From the NCBI GenBank assembly GCA_965222375.1, contig CBDCTZ010000016.1:1504001-1568000 (forward strand): DNA of 64,000 nucleotides. The letters run 5' to 3'. The notes under the pieces are model-generated. The model saw nothing but the letters and a program-made list of their open reading frames with translations, was not told the DNA's origin and did no database searches. Every line of letters begins with the position of its first letter. Within the stretch, counting starts at the first letter, position 1. Below, piece after piece: positions 61,556 to 64,000 of the stretch. A program made the position numbers and the translations under genes. Source of the stretch: Polyangiaceae bacterium (GTDB taxonomy: Bacteria; Myxococcota_A; Polyangia; Polyangiales; Polyangiaceae).

Positions 61556-61690
61556 ATGCTGCCCATCGAGCTCAAGGGTGCGCGGACGCACAATTTGAAA
61601 GATGTGAGCCTCGACTTGGCTCCGGGCAAGCTCGTGGTGCTCACCGGGGTCAGTGGGGCGGGTAAGAGCAGCTTGGCGCTGGATACGCTA
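61556..61690 (+). pseudogene. uvrA: uvrA 5' fragment B (45 codons)
   Basis: [21 protein letters not shown]...[16 protein letters not shown]; 61514-61687 nearly identical to 63023-63196. Confidence 0.9.
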
Positions 61691-61722
61691 AAGCTAGACC
61701 GAAGCTGCATCGTACTGCCACG

Positions 61723-62475
61723 TCACTTGCACTGACAACGCGCTTTGTCCGAGAGGACCAAGCCGAGATCCTGCGCGATTGTTCGGATCGGACTATCGCA
61801 TTCATTTGTGCTGGCCCCTTGGACGGCGCAGGTATCGCCAAATTCGGTCGAGACGCATTCCATTCCATACTTGGCGCAGACGATCGCGCAGCTTTGCACC
61901 CCCGACTGGACGTCAATACATTCACTGGTAGGCCAAGACGTCAGGCCATACGGCGGCCCCGGATCCGCACCCGCTCGACACCACCACTCATTGAAAAAGC
62001 GGTCACACCAGGCCCCCAATTTCGCGCAGGTATCGTTAGGGGTGCACGAATAGCTACAGTACTCTTTGCCGTCCATCTCTTTGCAAAGCCGGAATGGTGG
62101 AATCTCAACGAGGCCCAAGCTCTTGATCTCGGCGTTCAGGCCCTGACAGGCCTCGGGCTCGACGATGCATGCATCGCCGAGGTTGCCAGCGTTGGGGCAC
62201 TCAGGTTCCCAAGCGCAGTCCCCACACGCGCACGACTCGGATGCCGGGTCACAGGTCCCGTCCTGGTTGCACGCGTCGCAGCCTGAAGCGCACTGGGGGC
62301 ACGTACAGGACATTCCGGGTTCGCAACTCGCGGCAGCGTTGCAAGGCACGCTGCCTGCTTCCACCGGACCTGCGTCGTGCGGTTGCTGCTGTGACACGCT
62401 TTCGCTGCCACACCCCATCGGATAGACGCACACGCCCATCGCCAACGCACGGACGAAGAACAGAGAACGGGTCAT
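61723..62475 (-). CDS. Cys-rich lipoprotein
   Basis: MTRSLFF...MGCG signal; many Cys. Confidence 0.75.
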   Translation of the reverse strand: MTRSLFFVRALAMGVCVYPMGCGSESVSQQQPHDAGPVEAGSVPCNAAASCEPGMSCTCPQCASGCDACNQDGTCDPASESCACGDCAWEPECPNAGNLGDACIVEPEACQGLNAEIKSLGLVEIPPFRLCKEMDGKEYCSYSCTPNDTCAKLGAWCDRFFNEWWCRAGADPGPPYGLTSWPTSECIDVQSGVQSCAIVCAKYGMECVSTEFGDTCAVQGASTNECDSPIRTIAQDLGLVLSDKARCQCK

Positions 62476-62903
62476 GACAGAGAACAACAGCAAGTCCTGT
62501 GCCGTGCGCAAACGCCACGGCCCCGGGCGTAGCCGGTGGTGCGGTGCTCCAGTCAATTGGGGGGTACAACAGTCCGCTGGTTGGTGTCACAGATCGGCCT
62601 GTGAGAACGCGCTCGGATCGACCAAGCGGTTCCACCTGACCATGGGACCCCATCCCCGGCTCATGATGGGCATGCGTCGGAACGCCTCGACGACACGGGG
62701 TGGCGTGGCCGACGATGTGACGACGATTTGTGCAAACTGGGCGGGCTCTCCGTCTTGCCGCATGCCGGGCTCCGTGCCGTGGGCCTTTGCCGAGCTGGCG
62801 CGAGCATTCTGAACTTTCAGCGTGCACCGAGGAGCGACCCAGTCCCCGACGCGACACCGGAGTAGCAATGACAACCGAACTCGCCGCACGCCCCACCCGC
62901 AAC

Positions 62904-62964
62904 TTGTGGCCCAGCCCGAGAGTAGCGGCCCACTGTGCCCCACTGTCGCGACCCCAAACCCAAA
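62904..62964 (+). repeat. Dispersed repeat copy R4
   Basis: GTGGCCCAGCCCGAGAGTAGCGGCCCA...CGCGACCCCAAACCCAAA. Confidence 0.8.
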
Positions 62965-63064
62965 TCCCAGACCTGAGATCTTCGGCTTCTGAACCGGCGG
63001 CCCTTGTGGTCGAAATCCTTCGCCCCTGTCGCCCGCCGCTAGCGTTCGCTATATGCGCTAGCAA

Positions 63065-63540
63065 ATGCTGCCCATCGAGCTCAAGGGTGCGCGGACGCAC
63101 AATTTGAAAGATGTGAGCCTCGACTTGGCTCCGGGCAAGCTGGTGGTGCTCACTGGGGTCAGTGGGGCGGGTAAGAGCAGCTTGGCGCTGGATACGTTGT
63201 ACGCGGAGGGGCAGCGGCGCTTCGTGGAGAGCTTTTCGCCCTATGCGCGGCAGTTCCTCGAGCGACTCCCCCTGAGGGGTTCCCTTCGGTCTCGAACGGC
63301 CGCCGATGGACAAGCTCGAGCCCGTGGCCGCGGGCATCGCAGTGGATCGCCGCGCGCCGGTGAAGAGCTCGCGCGCCGTTGATGCGGTAGCTCGCAGTTG
63401 CACGGAGTGCTGAAGCTACCCTGCGCGGAACTGGTGGGCTTCGGTGGCGACGATGGCGGATCTGGAGCCGTACTTGTCGGCGTTGTTCACGCGGGAGGCG
63501 CTCCCGGTGTGCCCGGAGCACGATGCGGAAGGCGTGGAGC
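63065..63540 (+). pseudogene. uvrA: uvrA 5' fragment C with frameshifts and small insertions
   Basis: [42 protein letters not shown], then [13 protein letters not shown] and VATMADLEPY..CPEH in other frames. Confidence 0.92.
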
Positions 63541-63638
63541 TGTGCCGAGGGGCTTGTCGAAACTGACTTGCTGAGTTTCTTTGGGTTTGGGGGTCGGGTC
63601 GCGGGTGCGCCGTGGGCCACTACTCCCAAGCGGGGCCG
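63541..63638 (-). repeat. Dispersed repeat copy R7
   Basis: TTGGGTTTGGGGGTCGG...GTGGGCCACTACTCCCAAGCGGGGCC. Confidence 0.85.
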
Positions 63639-63648
63639 TAGCGTCCGG

Positions 63649-64000
63649 CTACTGGCACCCGAAGGCGCTGTTGGGAAGCTTTGGACAACCGCTCGCTTGG
63701 CTCTTGGGCACCTCGATAGTTACATCGCGTTCGGCCGTATTGCCCGCGGCATCCTTGACCTCGACAGTCACGGTGTAGGTCCGCGCTCCGGAGCCAGCAC
63801 GCGTCGAGCGCAGGCACACCTTGTCACTGGTGTAAACGATGTCGTTCGGCTTGGTTGCCTCGTTGCTCGAGACGCTGACGATGCGTGTTGTCGGTGCAGG
63901 ATCGCAATAGTCAGTTGCCGACACGACAATCTCTTGGCCTAGATCGAACTGCACTTGCTTGTGGTTCGGCGGCCACATGCAGGAGGGGCTTGCGGTCACG
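63649..64000 (-). CDS. C-terminal part of a secreted protein with a WPPNHK Ig-like domain (starts outside window)
   Basis: MWPPNHK...ATDYCDP...VSSNE...R.G.G.R.YTVT...D.AGN. Confidence 0.75.
   Translation of the reverse strand, partial: VTASPSCMWPPNHKQVQFDLGQEIVVSATDYCDPAPTTRIVSVSSNEATKPNDIVYTSDKVCLRSTRAGSGARTYTVTVEVKDAAGNTAERDVTIEVPKSQASGCPKLPNSAFGCQ

Noticed and set aside
63065..63540. Functional uvrA
   Set aside because: Only ~125 codons' worth of sequence, frameshifted and interrupted.
40900..64000. Classical integron cassette array
   Set aside because: No intI, no GTTRRRY/RYYYAAC attC structure recognised, and genes are in mixed orientation.

Overview
GC-rich window whose gene content points to a myxobacterium, probably Polyangiaceae/Sorangiineae-like: many Cys-rich and beta-propeller lipoproteins, a MYXO-CTERM protein, Ser/Thr kinases, an FHA-sigma54 activator and an ECF sigma/anti-sigma pair. 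The left ~40 kb is mostly ordinary. It holds an HNH gene, an IS4 transposase, a DUF4266-DUF3570-cytochrome c cluster, smpB, a liv-type ABC transporter with an acyl-CoA ligase, an osmoprotectant ABC transporter and an orphan hxsB. It also holds a compact array of seven tRNA or tRNA-like genes preceded by a leader ORF and terminator. The right ~24 kb is an accessory hotspot of small cargo-like genes, punctuated by a dispersed ~60-90 bp repeat (core GGCCC-N5-GGGAGTAGTGGCCC...CGACCCCAAACCC). Three copies of the uvrA 5' end lie next to or between these repeats. An internally deleted IS110 sits inside one repeat copy. Its non-coding end contains bridge-RNA-like guides matching both the repeat core (GGAGTAG) and its own donor junction (TGCCTAG). 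A Glu-His-Ser subtilase is put out of frame by an 8-bp tandem repeat. All calls come from reading the sequence by eye; no database searches were run.
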